From Planctomycetota bacterium (GTDB lineage: Bacteria; Planctomycetota; UBA1135; UBA2386), in contig OZ245006.1 in the NCBI GenBank assembly GCA_965223545.1, positions 6,336,001-6,400,000 of the forward strand: DNA of 64,000 nt, in the 5' to 3' direction. Below, piece by piece: positions 19,035-28,601 of the stretch (position 1 is the first letter of the stretch; each line of letters opens with the position of its first letter). Below the pieces are notes generated by a model that worked only from the letters and a program-made list of their open reading frames with translations, was not told where the DNA came from and made no database searches. The position numbers and the translations under genes are program-made.

Positions 19035-21067
19035 TTGCGCCTGGCATGGGCGCAGAGTTGAAGATGAAAGTTCTTTATGGATCCGTACTGGAGGAAACCA
19101 TGAGTCGAAGGCAGCTGCACGAGGCAGAAAGGGGAGCCGTGTGCCGTCCGAGAGGGCGGTGCGCGGTGTTGATCCGGGATGCCAGAACAGGACGGACACC
19201 GTGCCGTGCTGTTCCCGCGAGGTCGTGTGGGATGGAAGCCCTAGACGCAGCGCAGCACCGAGCGAAAGCGAAGTTCCGTAAGGCTCTCGAGGTCTGGGTC
19301 AGCGTGCCATCCAACGTGACGCCCGATATCCAGTCGCGACCTCGGAGTACTGGAACCGGCGGCGGCGCGAAACTCTGCGTTCTTACCCAGGGAGATCTCT
19401 GTGTGTCCGCTTCGAGCGGTAGGTGGGGAGGAGGCAACGACGACCCACCAAGGCATGCAGAGAAGTCGGATCACCCCGTAGTAGTGATGAAGCCGGGTAA
19501 TGCCGGTGGAGCGAAGGGGGTGACAGGATGAGAAAGCCGAAACCACGGCAACTGCAGTTCGCTTTCGCCGAGAGCCCGCAAGGGGACGGCGTGGCCGGAA
19601 GGGCAGACGAATCTGCCACGAAGTCCACGTCGGTGCCTACGACGGATTGCAGCCATCGATCGGAATCGGTTCCGCCGCCAGCGGACGGCTACTGCCATCT
19701 GCTGGAGCTGGTCGCGGAGCAGGGCAACCTGCGAAGCGCACTGGCACATGTCGTAAGCAAGAAGGGCGCTCCGGGCGTCGACGGACAGACGGTGTCAGAG
19801 GTCAAGCGTCATGCGAAACACCTGCTCCCGAAACTCCGCGATGCTCTGCTCATGGAGACCTACGCGCCCGGCGATATACGTCGGGTGTGGATCCCGAAGC
19901 CCAGTGGTGGGCAGCGGGGTCTCGGGATTCCAACCGTGATCGACCGCTGGGTCCAACAGGCCGTGCGCCAGATTCTGGAGCCGATCTACGACCCGACGTT
20001 CCACGACAGCAGCCACGGCTTCCGGCCGAGGCGGGGAGCCCACACAGCGATCGCCGAAGCAGCGGGTTACGTGAAGCAGGGTCGGCGGTACACGGTGGAC
20101 ATCGATTTGGAGAAGTTCTTCGACCGTGTCCATCACCAACGCCTCCTGGACCGGCTGGCTCAGAAGGTGAAGGACCGTCGGGTGCTGCGGATCATCCGCC
20201 TGATGCTGAAAGCGAACGTGGTTCTTCCAGATGGCACCCGCGTCATCACGGAAGAAGGAACGCCCCAGGGCGGCCCGCTATCACCTCTGCTGTCCAACAT
20301 CGTCCTGGACGAACTGGACTGGGAGTTGGAACGACGCGGGTTGCGTTTTGTGCGCTACGCCGACGACTGCAATATCTACGTCGGTAGCGAGCGCTCAGGA
20401 CACCGGGTCATGGCTTCGATTCGCAGGTTCATCGAACGTCGCGTGCGACTGAAAGTGAACGAAGCGAAGAGTTCCGTCGACCTGGCCCATCGCCGGCACT
20501 TCCTCGGGTTTCGCGTAGGCGCAACTCGAAAGGGCTGGCTGACGGTGCAGTTGTCCCGTCGCACTCTGGATCGCATCGACGCCCGAATCCGTGAGCTTAC
20601 GCCGCGGTCCTGGGGTGGTCGGCTGTCCTGGTGCATCGAACGACTGAACCGTTACCTCCGTGGTTGGATCGGCTACTTCAAGCTGATCACGAAGGCCGCG
20701 TGGCGGACCTTGCGGAATCTCGATGGCCATATTCGACGACGCCTGCGGGCGATCATCATTCGGCAGAAGAAGAGACCGCGATACCTCTTCCGAGACCTTG
20801 TCGCCCGTGGGTGCAGCTGGCAGTCGGCTGCACGCACCGCGTTTGGCCGGCGTGGCACGTGGTGGCAGAGCAACTCGGGAGCGATCAAACGCGCTTATCC
20901 CAATCAGTGGTTTGCTGAGCGGCTGGTGTCGCTTTCCAAGCTCTGGGACGAGCGCCGCTACGACTGGCGGCCCCTTTGGGGGATACCGTCCTGAAGAGCC
21001 GGATGTGTGACCCACAAGTCCGGTTCTGTGAGAGCTGCGGGGGGGCAACCCCCCGCGGCTACTCGGC
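19035..21067 (+). mobile_element. Group II intron, copy 3 (2033 bp, opposite orientation)
   Basis: Inverted copy; differences from copy 1 noticed at 19670, 19770, 19878; DV 20996-21026, DVI about 21030-21064. Confidence 0.93.
19528..20994 (+). CDS. ltrA: Group II intron reverse transcriptase/maturase
   Basis: Same RT with one A->V change (SESVPPP vs SESAPPP). Confidence 0.97.
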   Translation: MRKPKPRQLQFAFAESPQGDGVAGRADESATKSTSVPTTDCSHRSESVPPPADGYCHLLELVAEQGNLRSALAHVVSKKGAPGVDGQTVSEVKRHAKHLLPKLRDALLMETYAPGDIRRVWIPKPSGGQRGLGIPTVIDRWVQQAVRQILEPIYDPTFHDSSHGFRPRRGAHTAIAEAAGYVKQGRRYTVDIDLEKFFDRVHHQRLLDRLAQKVKDRRVLRIIRLMLKANVVLPDGTRVITEEGTPQGGPLSPLLSNIVLDELDWELERRGLRFVRYADDCNIYVGSERSGHRVMASIRRFIERRVRLKVNEAKSSVDLAHRRHFLGFRVGATRKGWLTVQLSRRTLDRIDARIRELTPRSWGGRLSWCIERLNRYLRGWIGYFKLITKAAWRTLRNLDGHIRRRLRAIIIRQKKRPRYLFRDLVARGCSWQSAARTAFGRRGTWWQSNSGAIKRAYPNQWFAERLVSLSKLWDERRYDWRPLWGIPS

Positions 21068-21267
21068 ACGGTGCTGAGGCGAGCCTTCAGCTCTGGAGCT
21101 GGAGGTGGTGTGAGCTCTGCGTTTCGCAGGGCGCGCGCTCCATCGGCCTCTGGATCGTGAGCGGGCGGTGGTCACGGTCCTCGGAGCTTGGGGGTTTGGC
21201 TTGGACTGAACGGAGAAAAAACGTGCGAACTGCTGACAGGTTTCACGAGTTTCCTTTTGTCGGATTC

Positions 21268-21296
21268 TTGCATGCTGACTCGCTCTCTAGTAAGGT
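21268..21296 (+). promoter_or_regulatory. Sigma70-like promoter for the RAYT-like gene
   Basis: TTGCAT-N17-TAAGGT in an AT-rich patch, 11 nt before the ATG at 21308 (very short leader). Confidence 0.5.
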
Positions 21297-21307
21297 CGCT
21301 AATTCAA

Positions 21308-22006
21308 ATGACGAGCAAGACGGTTGGGGCGCGGTGCGGGGGACGACGCCGTGGGGTGGTGCAGGGCGAGCTGCCGTTTCGGCAGTGGGGTGGGGCTCGG
21401 GAGGGGGCTGGGCGGCCCAAGGTGAGTGACGAGACGGTGCCGCACTTGGCGCGGGGGGCGTTGGTGGCGCGGTATCCGTTGCACTTGACGGTGCGGTTGT
21501 GTCGGGGGTTGCCGGGCTTACGGAATGCGCGGACGTACTGGATGTTGGTGGAGCGGATCCGGGCGGGGTGTGGGCGGTTCGGGTTTCGGTTGGTGGAGTT
21601 CTCGGTGCAGCGTGATCACTTGCACCTCTTGGTCGAGGCGAAGGATCGGGAGGCGTTGACGCGGGGGATGACCGGGCTGTTGGTGCGGATGGCGCGGGGG
21701 TTGAACAAGTTGTGGGGGCGCTCGGGGCGGGTGTTTGCCGAGCGGTTTCACGAGCGGGTGCTGCGCTCGCCGACGGAGGTGCGGCGGGCGTTGGTGTATG
21801 TGCTGCAGAATGCCTGGCACCACCGGCAGCGGCCGCGGCAGTTGATCGACGTCTACTCGTCGGGGCCTTGGTTCGACGGGTGGCGCGAGGTGGTGGAGTT
21901 GTCGGAGCCGGTGGTGCGGCCGACGGTGCGGGCGCGAACGTGGCTGCTCAAGGGAGGGTGGCGGCGGTCGCGGGGACGGTTGGACTTCCGCGAGCGGCCG
22001 GCGTAG
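21308..22006 (+). CDS. HUH/Y1 tyrosine transposase, REP-associated (RAYT-like; IS200/IS605 TnpA superfamily)
   Basis: PLHLTVR, FRLVEFSVQRDHLHLLVE (HUH), GRVFAERFHERVL, ALVYVLQNA (catalytic Tyr), SSGPWF; no tnpB; adjacent palindrome array. Confidence 0.88.
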   Translation: MTSKTVGARCGGRRRGVVQGELPFRQWGGAREGAGRPKVSDETVPHLARGALVARYPLHLTVRLCRGLPGLRNARTYWMLVERIRAGCGRFGFRLVEFSVQRDHLHLLVEAKDREALTRGMTGLLVRMARGLNKLWGRSGRVFAERFHERVLRSPTEVRRALVYVLQNAWHHRQRPRQLIDVYSSGPWFDGWREVVELSEPVVRPTVRARTWLLKGGWRRSRGRLDFRERPA

Positions 22007-22075
22007 CCGGTGGATTGCTAATGCAGGAGTCGACTCGGGCAGGGGGGCGGTTGCCGACGTCCAGGGCCGACTGGC

Positions 22076-22948
22076 CTAACGGCGCAGCGAGCCCGCCTCG
22101 ATCAGCGCGCGCATGCGCGCCGGCACGTTGGTCGTCACCATGTCCAAGCCCAGCGCGCCGGTGCCCAGCAGGTGGAGGTCGGCGTTCACGGTGTAGACGC
22201 AGACCGGATAGTCGTGGGCGTGAAAGCGTGCGACGTCGTCTGCGGTGATCGCCGTGGCGTTCCAGTGGACGAAGCTCGCGCCGGTCGCGGCAATCTCGGC
22301 CAGCATTCCATCGCGCCATGGGTCGTCGCACAGCGCGCCCAAGGTCAGCCGCGGCTCGAGCGCGTGGACTTCCTGCAGCCACTGCCAGTCGAAGGCCTGC
22401 ACCAGGACGTCCTCGAGGTGGCCGGAAGCGCGGAGCATCTCGACCAGGCCGTGGGCGCTTCCCGCCTTGCGCTCGATCATCGTCGTGCCGCGCGGCTGGA
22501 TCAGATCGAGCGCTTCCTGCAGGGTGGGGATCTTGGCGCCCGCATGCTCCGCGCCCTTCCAGGCGCCGGCGTCCAGAGTCGTGAGGGTCGCCAGGGAGAG
22601 TTGCGCCACCGCGGCATCGGCGCCCAACCGCCGCTCGGCGTCGGTGGTGCGGGCGACGGTGGCGTCGTGGATGCAGACCCACTCGCCGTCCGCCGTCTCG
22701 CGCACGTCGAGCTCGATCATCTCGGCGCCGGCATCCAGGGCGGCGGTGAACGCCGGCAGTGTGTTCTCCGGCAGCCGCTGGCTGGCTCCGCGGTGGCCGA
22801 CGGTGACCGGGTGGGTTGCCCACAGCCGGCGCAGGTCGTCGAGCAGGGCAGACTCGCGTGCGGCGTGCGGCGCCATCTTGCAGGCCATCGGAGCTGCGCA
22901 TAGCAGCAGAGCCAGGCCGAGGACCACGGGAATGGAGAGCATGTGCAA
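22076..22948 (-). CDS. Glycerophosphodiester phosphodiesterase (GDPD family)
   Basis: GHRGAS..PENTLPAF, IELDVRETADG..VCIHD, IPTLQE, VYTVN. Confidence 0.92.
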   Translation of the reverse strand: MHMLSIPVVLGLALLLCAAPMACKMAPHAARESALLDDLRRLWATHPVTVGHRGASQRLPENTLPAFTAALDAGAEMIELDVRETADGEWVCIHDATVARTTDAERRLGADAAVAQLSLATLTTLDAGAWKGAEHAGAKIPTLQEALDLIQPRGTTMIERKAGSAHGLVEMLRASGHLEDVLVQAFDWQWLQEVHALEPRLTLGALCDDPWRDGMLAEIAATGASFVHWNATAITADDVARFHAHDYPVCVYTVNADLHLLGTGALGLDMVTTNVPARMRALIEAGSLRR

Positions 22949-23083
22949 GCCGCCCGGAGTTTCGTCGATCCACCTCTGTGTTGCTTGCGCGTTTGCCCGA
23001 AATGCCGGCTAACGGTGCTCCTCCGCAGCTCGTCCTCGCGCCCGAGCCCTGACCATTGCCCTCCTTGTTCTGCGGGAGCCAAC

Positions 23084-24324
23084 GTGACGTCGTCCCCAAC
23101 CCTGCCGGCCCATCGGGTCCGTCTGCTCGTGCCCGCCGTACTCCTGCCCGCGGGCGTCGCGCTCTCGGTCGGCCTCGCCACCACTACCGCCGCCGCGCAG
23201 CAGGCCTCCGCGCCAAGCGTGCGCTTCGAATTGGCGGGCGCACCCACTCCGGTCGGGCCGATGGCCGGCTTGCCCCAGATCGCCGACCTGGACGGTGACG
23301 GCGCGCTCGACGTCGTCGTCGCGTGCGGACCCTGCTGTGGCATGGAGCCCGACCCGGCCGCGGGCCACGTCCGGGTCTTGCTCGGCGACGGGCGCGGAGG
23401 CCTGCGGCCGCAGGACCGCATCCGCGTTGGCGACACCGCGCTGCGCGTCGCGATCGGCGACATCGACGAGGACGGCCATCCCGACGTGGCGTGCGTGCAG
23501 CACTCCAGCTACCGGGTCGAGCTCCTCAGGGGCAGCGCCGACGGCACCCTGCAGCACCGCCCCGAGTGGGGTTTCGACTGGTGGGATGGAGAACGCCCGC
23601 ACGTGCACTCGGTCGTGCTCGAGGACCTCGATCGCGACGGCCACCTCGACTTGGCCGCGACCCTGGTCGCGGACCACTCCTTGGCGGTGTGGTTGGGAGA
23701 TGGCCGCGGCGGGTTCCGGCCGGCGCTGGGGCAGCCCTACTACGCGCACCGACACCCGTACGAACAGCTGGCGATCGCCGATCTCAACGAGGACGGCAAT
23801 CCCGATGCGGTGCTGACCGACGTGCGTGGCGGTGGCGTGACCGTGTTGGCCGGTTCTGGCACCGGCATGTTCGCCACCTCGCGGGGGTTTCGGTTGGCGG
23901 CGCACACGCCGATCGACGTCGAACGCCCGACCGCGCTCGCGCTCGGCGATCTCGATGGCGATGGCGACGCCGACGCCGTCGCGGTGATCGACGAGGCTCC
24001 GCAGGCCGTGGTGCTGCAGAACCAGGGTGGTGGCGACTTCGCGCCGCTCGGGCCGCCGCTGCGGCTGGCGGTCGCCGCCAACAGTGTCCGCGTCGCCGAC
24101 TTGAACGGCGACGGCCACCCGGACTTCGTCACCGGCTGCGTGCAGGGCACCGCGCTGTCCGTCAACTACGGCGATGGCGCCGGCGGCTTCGCGCCTTCGC
24201 TGGCGGTCGATGTCGGGGTCGCCAACCCATCGGTTGCGGTTGGCGATCTCGACGGCGACGGGCACGTGGACCTGGTTGCCAGCAGCTACTCGGAGGGAGT
24301 GGTCGTCGTGCTCTTGGCGCGGCG

Positions 24325-24331
<7 letters not shown>
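23084..24331 (+). CDS. Secreted FG-GAP/VCBS repeat protein
   Basis: Seven DLDGDG..D-type repeats; signal-peptide-like N-terminus; GTG start inferred. Confidence 0.88.
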
Positions 24332-25689
<1,358 letters not shown>

Positions 25690-25732
25690 CGGCCGGTTCC
25701 TCTTGGGCGAAATTCCGTCAGATGCCTCTCAA

Positions 25733-25826
25733 ATCCTGCGAAAATGGCAAGATTGCAGTGGCACTGGTGCAAAAATTAGCCTCTAGCGTGCGCAGTGTCT
25801 CCAGGATTCTGCGGAATATGCAGAAT
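25733..25826. promoter_or_regulatory. Two related palindromic boxes upstream of glnA (candidate operators)
   Basis: ATCCTGC-N7-GCAAGAT (25733-25753) and ATTCTGC-N7-GCAGAAT (25806-25826). Confidence 0.5.
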
Positions 25827-25845
25827 TTGAGACTCGGCCGTGTGG

Positions 25846-28455
25846 CTAGTGCGCGTTCTTCGGCACGGTGACCGCGGCGAGCAAGTAGAGCAGCGCCGCG
25901 GCGACGAACACCGCCGTGAAGCCCCACTGCATCGCCACCACGATGCTGACGATCGAGGCGAGCACCGATGCGGCCCCGTTGATGCCGAACGCCCAGGGCA
26001 TCAGGCTGGCGTTGGAGCGGCCCAGGAGCCGCAGGCCGGTGGGGAACGGCATCCCCATGGCGAACGCCAGCGGCGCGATCCAGGCGACCGTCATGCCGAC
26101 GCGGGCCGACTCCGACCACGCCAGCGTCTCGAGGAGGACGCCGGGCAGCACGTAGCCGTGCACGAAGAGCAGCGCCACCACCGCCAGCGCGGCGATGGTC
26201 GCCAGCCGTGCCGATCCGCCGAGACAGCCGGCGGTCGCCGAGCCGATGCCGGAGAACACCAAGAAGCACGCCAACCCGGCCGAGAGCGAGTAGGTCGGGT
26301 GGCCGAGGTAGAGCACGAAGCGCTGGATGGTGGTGATCTCGACCAGCAGGTACGCCAAGCCGAGCGCGCTGAAGAACAACAGCACGCGCCCGCGCCGCGC
26401 GCCGCCGAAGCCGATGCGCAGCAGTGGCAGCAAGACCAACAGCACCGTGGCGATACCGGTCTGCACCAGCAGCGCGGCGAGGATGTACAGGCCGATCGGC
26501 TCGCTGCCGGTGAGCGCTTCGTAGTCGGCGCTCGACTCGGACTCGAACAGATCGAGGTCGGCGAACGTGTTGAAGTGAAAGAAGAACGGCTTGTCGTCGG
26601 TCGCTGGCTCGATGAAGTAGTCGTAGTCGCGCAGCCAGCTGGCGACCGCGTCCTCACCCGTTGCCGCCGCGGCGAGCATGTGTCCGTATTCGGTCTCCGT
26701 GCCCGCGAACCCCGCGCCGTAGTAGACCTCGTGGTGAACCAGCGGCGGATCGCCACCGCTGTTCATCGGTTGGATGGCTGCTCGGATCGCGTCGACTTCG
26801 GCGGCGGAGAACGGCGTGCGCCGCATCAGGGTCAGCGAGTAGCGCAGCGGCTGCTTGAGGTGCTCCAAGCGGGCTTGGAGGTCGGCCAGGTCGGGGTTGT
26901 GCGGTTGCGCTTCGAGCGCCTCCGCCAGGGACAGTGCCTGGCGGTCGGTCTGGTTGACGACGATGAAGTGGGCGCGCGGATCCTGCACGCCGAGCCGCCG
27001 CAGCGCCGTGGCGGCGGTGGCGACCAGCTTCAGCGTCTCGCGCGGCGGCTCGAACCGAAAGCGGATGATCGACAGCAGGCCGCGCTCGCTGAGATGGGCG
27101 AAGTAGTCGTCGAAAGCCTCTTCGGTGTAGAGGTAGGACTCGGCGAAGACGTAGCTCCCCGAGCTCAGCGCAGCGTAGGTGTCGGTGCCCGACATCTGGA
27201 TCAGGTCGTAGGTCGCGCCTTCTCGGCGCAGGAACGACCTGCCCTCGGAGTGGACCGCACGCACCTTTTGCTTGCCGTACACGTCGCCGCTGTAGCTCTT
27301 GAACGGCTCGCTCTGCACGAGGGCCAGCGTGTCGCCGTTGATGTCGACCGCGGTGACGGCGTCGGCGCGGTAGTGCAAGGCGGTCTCGACGTCGTTGCCG
27401 CCGCCGGGGCCGATGATCAGCACGTTGGGGCTGTCCACCAACCGGTAGCCCAAGCCGTAGAAGTGGCGGTCGTAGCCGCGTTCGCGGGCGTGCGCCGCCG
27501 ACCAGATCGCGGTCGGCGCGTCGCCGTCTTGGAAGACGTGCACCTGGCTGCGCGGCCCGGTGCCCGGCTGCGCGCGGTCGCGTTGATCGTCCTCCGCGGT
27601 CTTGGGGATCGGCAGCGTGTCGATGCGGCAGGTCGGAGTCCACAGGGTCCGCCGCAGGGCGGGATCGGGGCGCTCGTACTCGGGGTCGCGCTGCTGCATG
27701 GCGTCGGCCCAGGCCGCGTACAGCCCCTCGAACGCGGTCTGCGCCTTGCTGCGCGCGGGCTCGACGCGGACCAGCCTCGCCGCTGCCTCGGGCATGGCCA
27801 GCGCGGCGGGCCAGAGAGCCGCGGCGCCGATCGCCAGCGCCGCCAGCGGCCAGCCAGCGCGGCCGGTGCCGCGCAGTGCCGCCAGCCCGGCCCAACCGCC
27901 GAGCGAGGCGAACAAGAACAGGCAGCCCGGTCCGCCTAGGGCGCGGATCAGGAGCAAGAACAGAAAGCTGCCGATGCCCGAGCCGATCAGGTTCCAGAAG
28001 TAGGTGCGGTGCACCGTCGCCGGGAACTCCTTGAGCGCGATCGCGATGGCCAGGCCGGCGAACAAGAACGGCACTACCAGGTAGGCGTAGTGCAGGAACA
28101 GATAGAAGTACTGGCTGCGGTCCTGCTCGATGTCGAGAGTGTCCAGCGAGCTGTGGTTGAGGATCGCGAATGCGCCGATCAGCGTGAGGCCGAACAGACT
28201 GCAGCAGGTGGAGACGGCGCGCCGGGGGTCGCCGCCGGCGCGGCCCAGGCTGGGCCAGGCGGCGAGCAGCGAGCCGCCGGCGGCGAAGCCGAGCAGGGTC
28301 ACCGTGACCACCATGTAGGTGAGGTGGTGCCAGAGCATCACGCTGAACAGCCGCGTCTGCAGCACCTGCACCGCGAGGGTGGCGGCGGAGATCAGCGCGA
28401 CGCCGAGGATGACGCCGGCCGGCGCCGCGTGGGGTTGCGGAGAGGGGTCTGTCAT
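25846..28455 (-). CDS. Polytopic membrane protein with central spermidine-synthase-like SAM-binding domain
   Basis: N- and C-terminal TM bundles; VLIIGPGGGNDV, AVDIN, EGRSFL, YDLIQ, ESYLYTEEAF, ATDDKPFFF. Confidence 0.85.
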   Translation of the reverse strand: MTDPSPQPHAAPAGVILGVALISAATLAVQVLQTRLFSVMLWHHLTYMVVTVTLLGFAAGGSLLAAWPSLGRAGGDPRRAVSTCCSLFGLTLIGAFAILNHSSLDTLDIEQDRSQYFYLFLHYAYLVVPFLFAGLAIAIALKEFPATVHRTYFWNLIGSGIGSFLFLLLIRALGGPGCLFLFASLGGWAGLAALRGTGRAGWPLAALAIGAAALWPAALAMPEAAARLVRVEPARSKAQTAFEGLYAAWADAMQQRDPEYERPDPALRRTLWTPTCRIDTLPIPKTAEDDQRDRAQPGTGPRSQVHVFQDGDAPTAIWSAAHARERGYDRHFYGLGYRLVDSPNVLIIGPGGGNDVETALHYRADAVTAVDINGDTLALVQSEPFKSYSGDVYGKQKVRAVHSEGRSFLRREGATYDLIQMSGTDTYAALSSGSYVFAESYLYTEEAFDDYFAHLSERGLLSIIRFRFEPPRETLKLVATAATALRRLGVQDPRAHFIVVNQTDRQALSLAEALEAQPHNPDLADLQARLEHLKQPLRYSLTLMRRTPFSAAEVDAIRAAIQPMNSGGDPPLVHHEVYYGAGFAGTETEYGHMLAAAATGEDAVASWLRDYDYFIEPATDDKPFFFHFNTFADLDLFESESSADYEALTGSEPIGLYILAALLVQTGIATVLLVLLPLLRIGFGGARRGRVLLFFSALGLAYLLVEITTIQRFVLYLGHPTYSLSAGLACFLVFSGIGSATAGCLGGSARLATIAALAVVALLFVHGYVLPGVLLETLAWSESARVGMTVAWIAPLAFAMGMPFPTGLRLLGRSNASLMPWAFGINGAASVLASIVSIVVAMQWGFTAVFVAAALLYLLAAVTVPKNAH

Positions 28456-28601
28456 GCGCGCGTTGGGGCCGGGCGGCAGCGAACTCGGGCCGGTGGCCGC
28501 AAGGTCCGGTGCTCTCGGGGGTTATCGGTAGCTCGAGCGGTGGGGATCAAGTCGTCGCGGGTGCCGCCAGCGGACCCGATCTCGCCCGTCCGCGGAACCG
28601 T

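Larger units (their letters stand above)
14347..21177. repeat. REP/BIME-like palindromic repeat array (about 730 bp once introns are removed; ~272-bp period), interrupted by three group II introns
   Basis: Recurrent modules: GTGGTG..GCTCTG..CGCAG(G/A)GCGCGCGCTCC.TCGGCCTCTGGATC at ~14383, ~16686, ~21105; GTAGGAG..CAGCTCGGGCGCCTGAGCCGCA at 16585 and 18889; long hairpin module three times. Confidence 0.8.

Noticed and set aside
15996..19531. 161-248-aa ORFs upstream of each RT (MGAELKMKV...)
   Set aside because: They run through intron RNA domains I-III; no recognisable protein features
14347..21177. CRISPR array, retron or DGR interpretation of RT plus repeats
   Set aside because: No constant repeat with unique spacers and no cas genes; the RT has group II YADD, maturase and flanking DV/DVI; no TR/VR pair with adenine-specific differences
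25769..25784. Sigma54 promoter or NtrC site for glnA
   Set aside because: GG-N9-GC spacing is one base short, and only an NtrC half-site (TGCACCA) is present nearby
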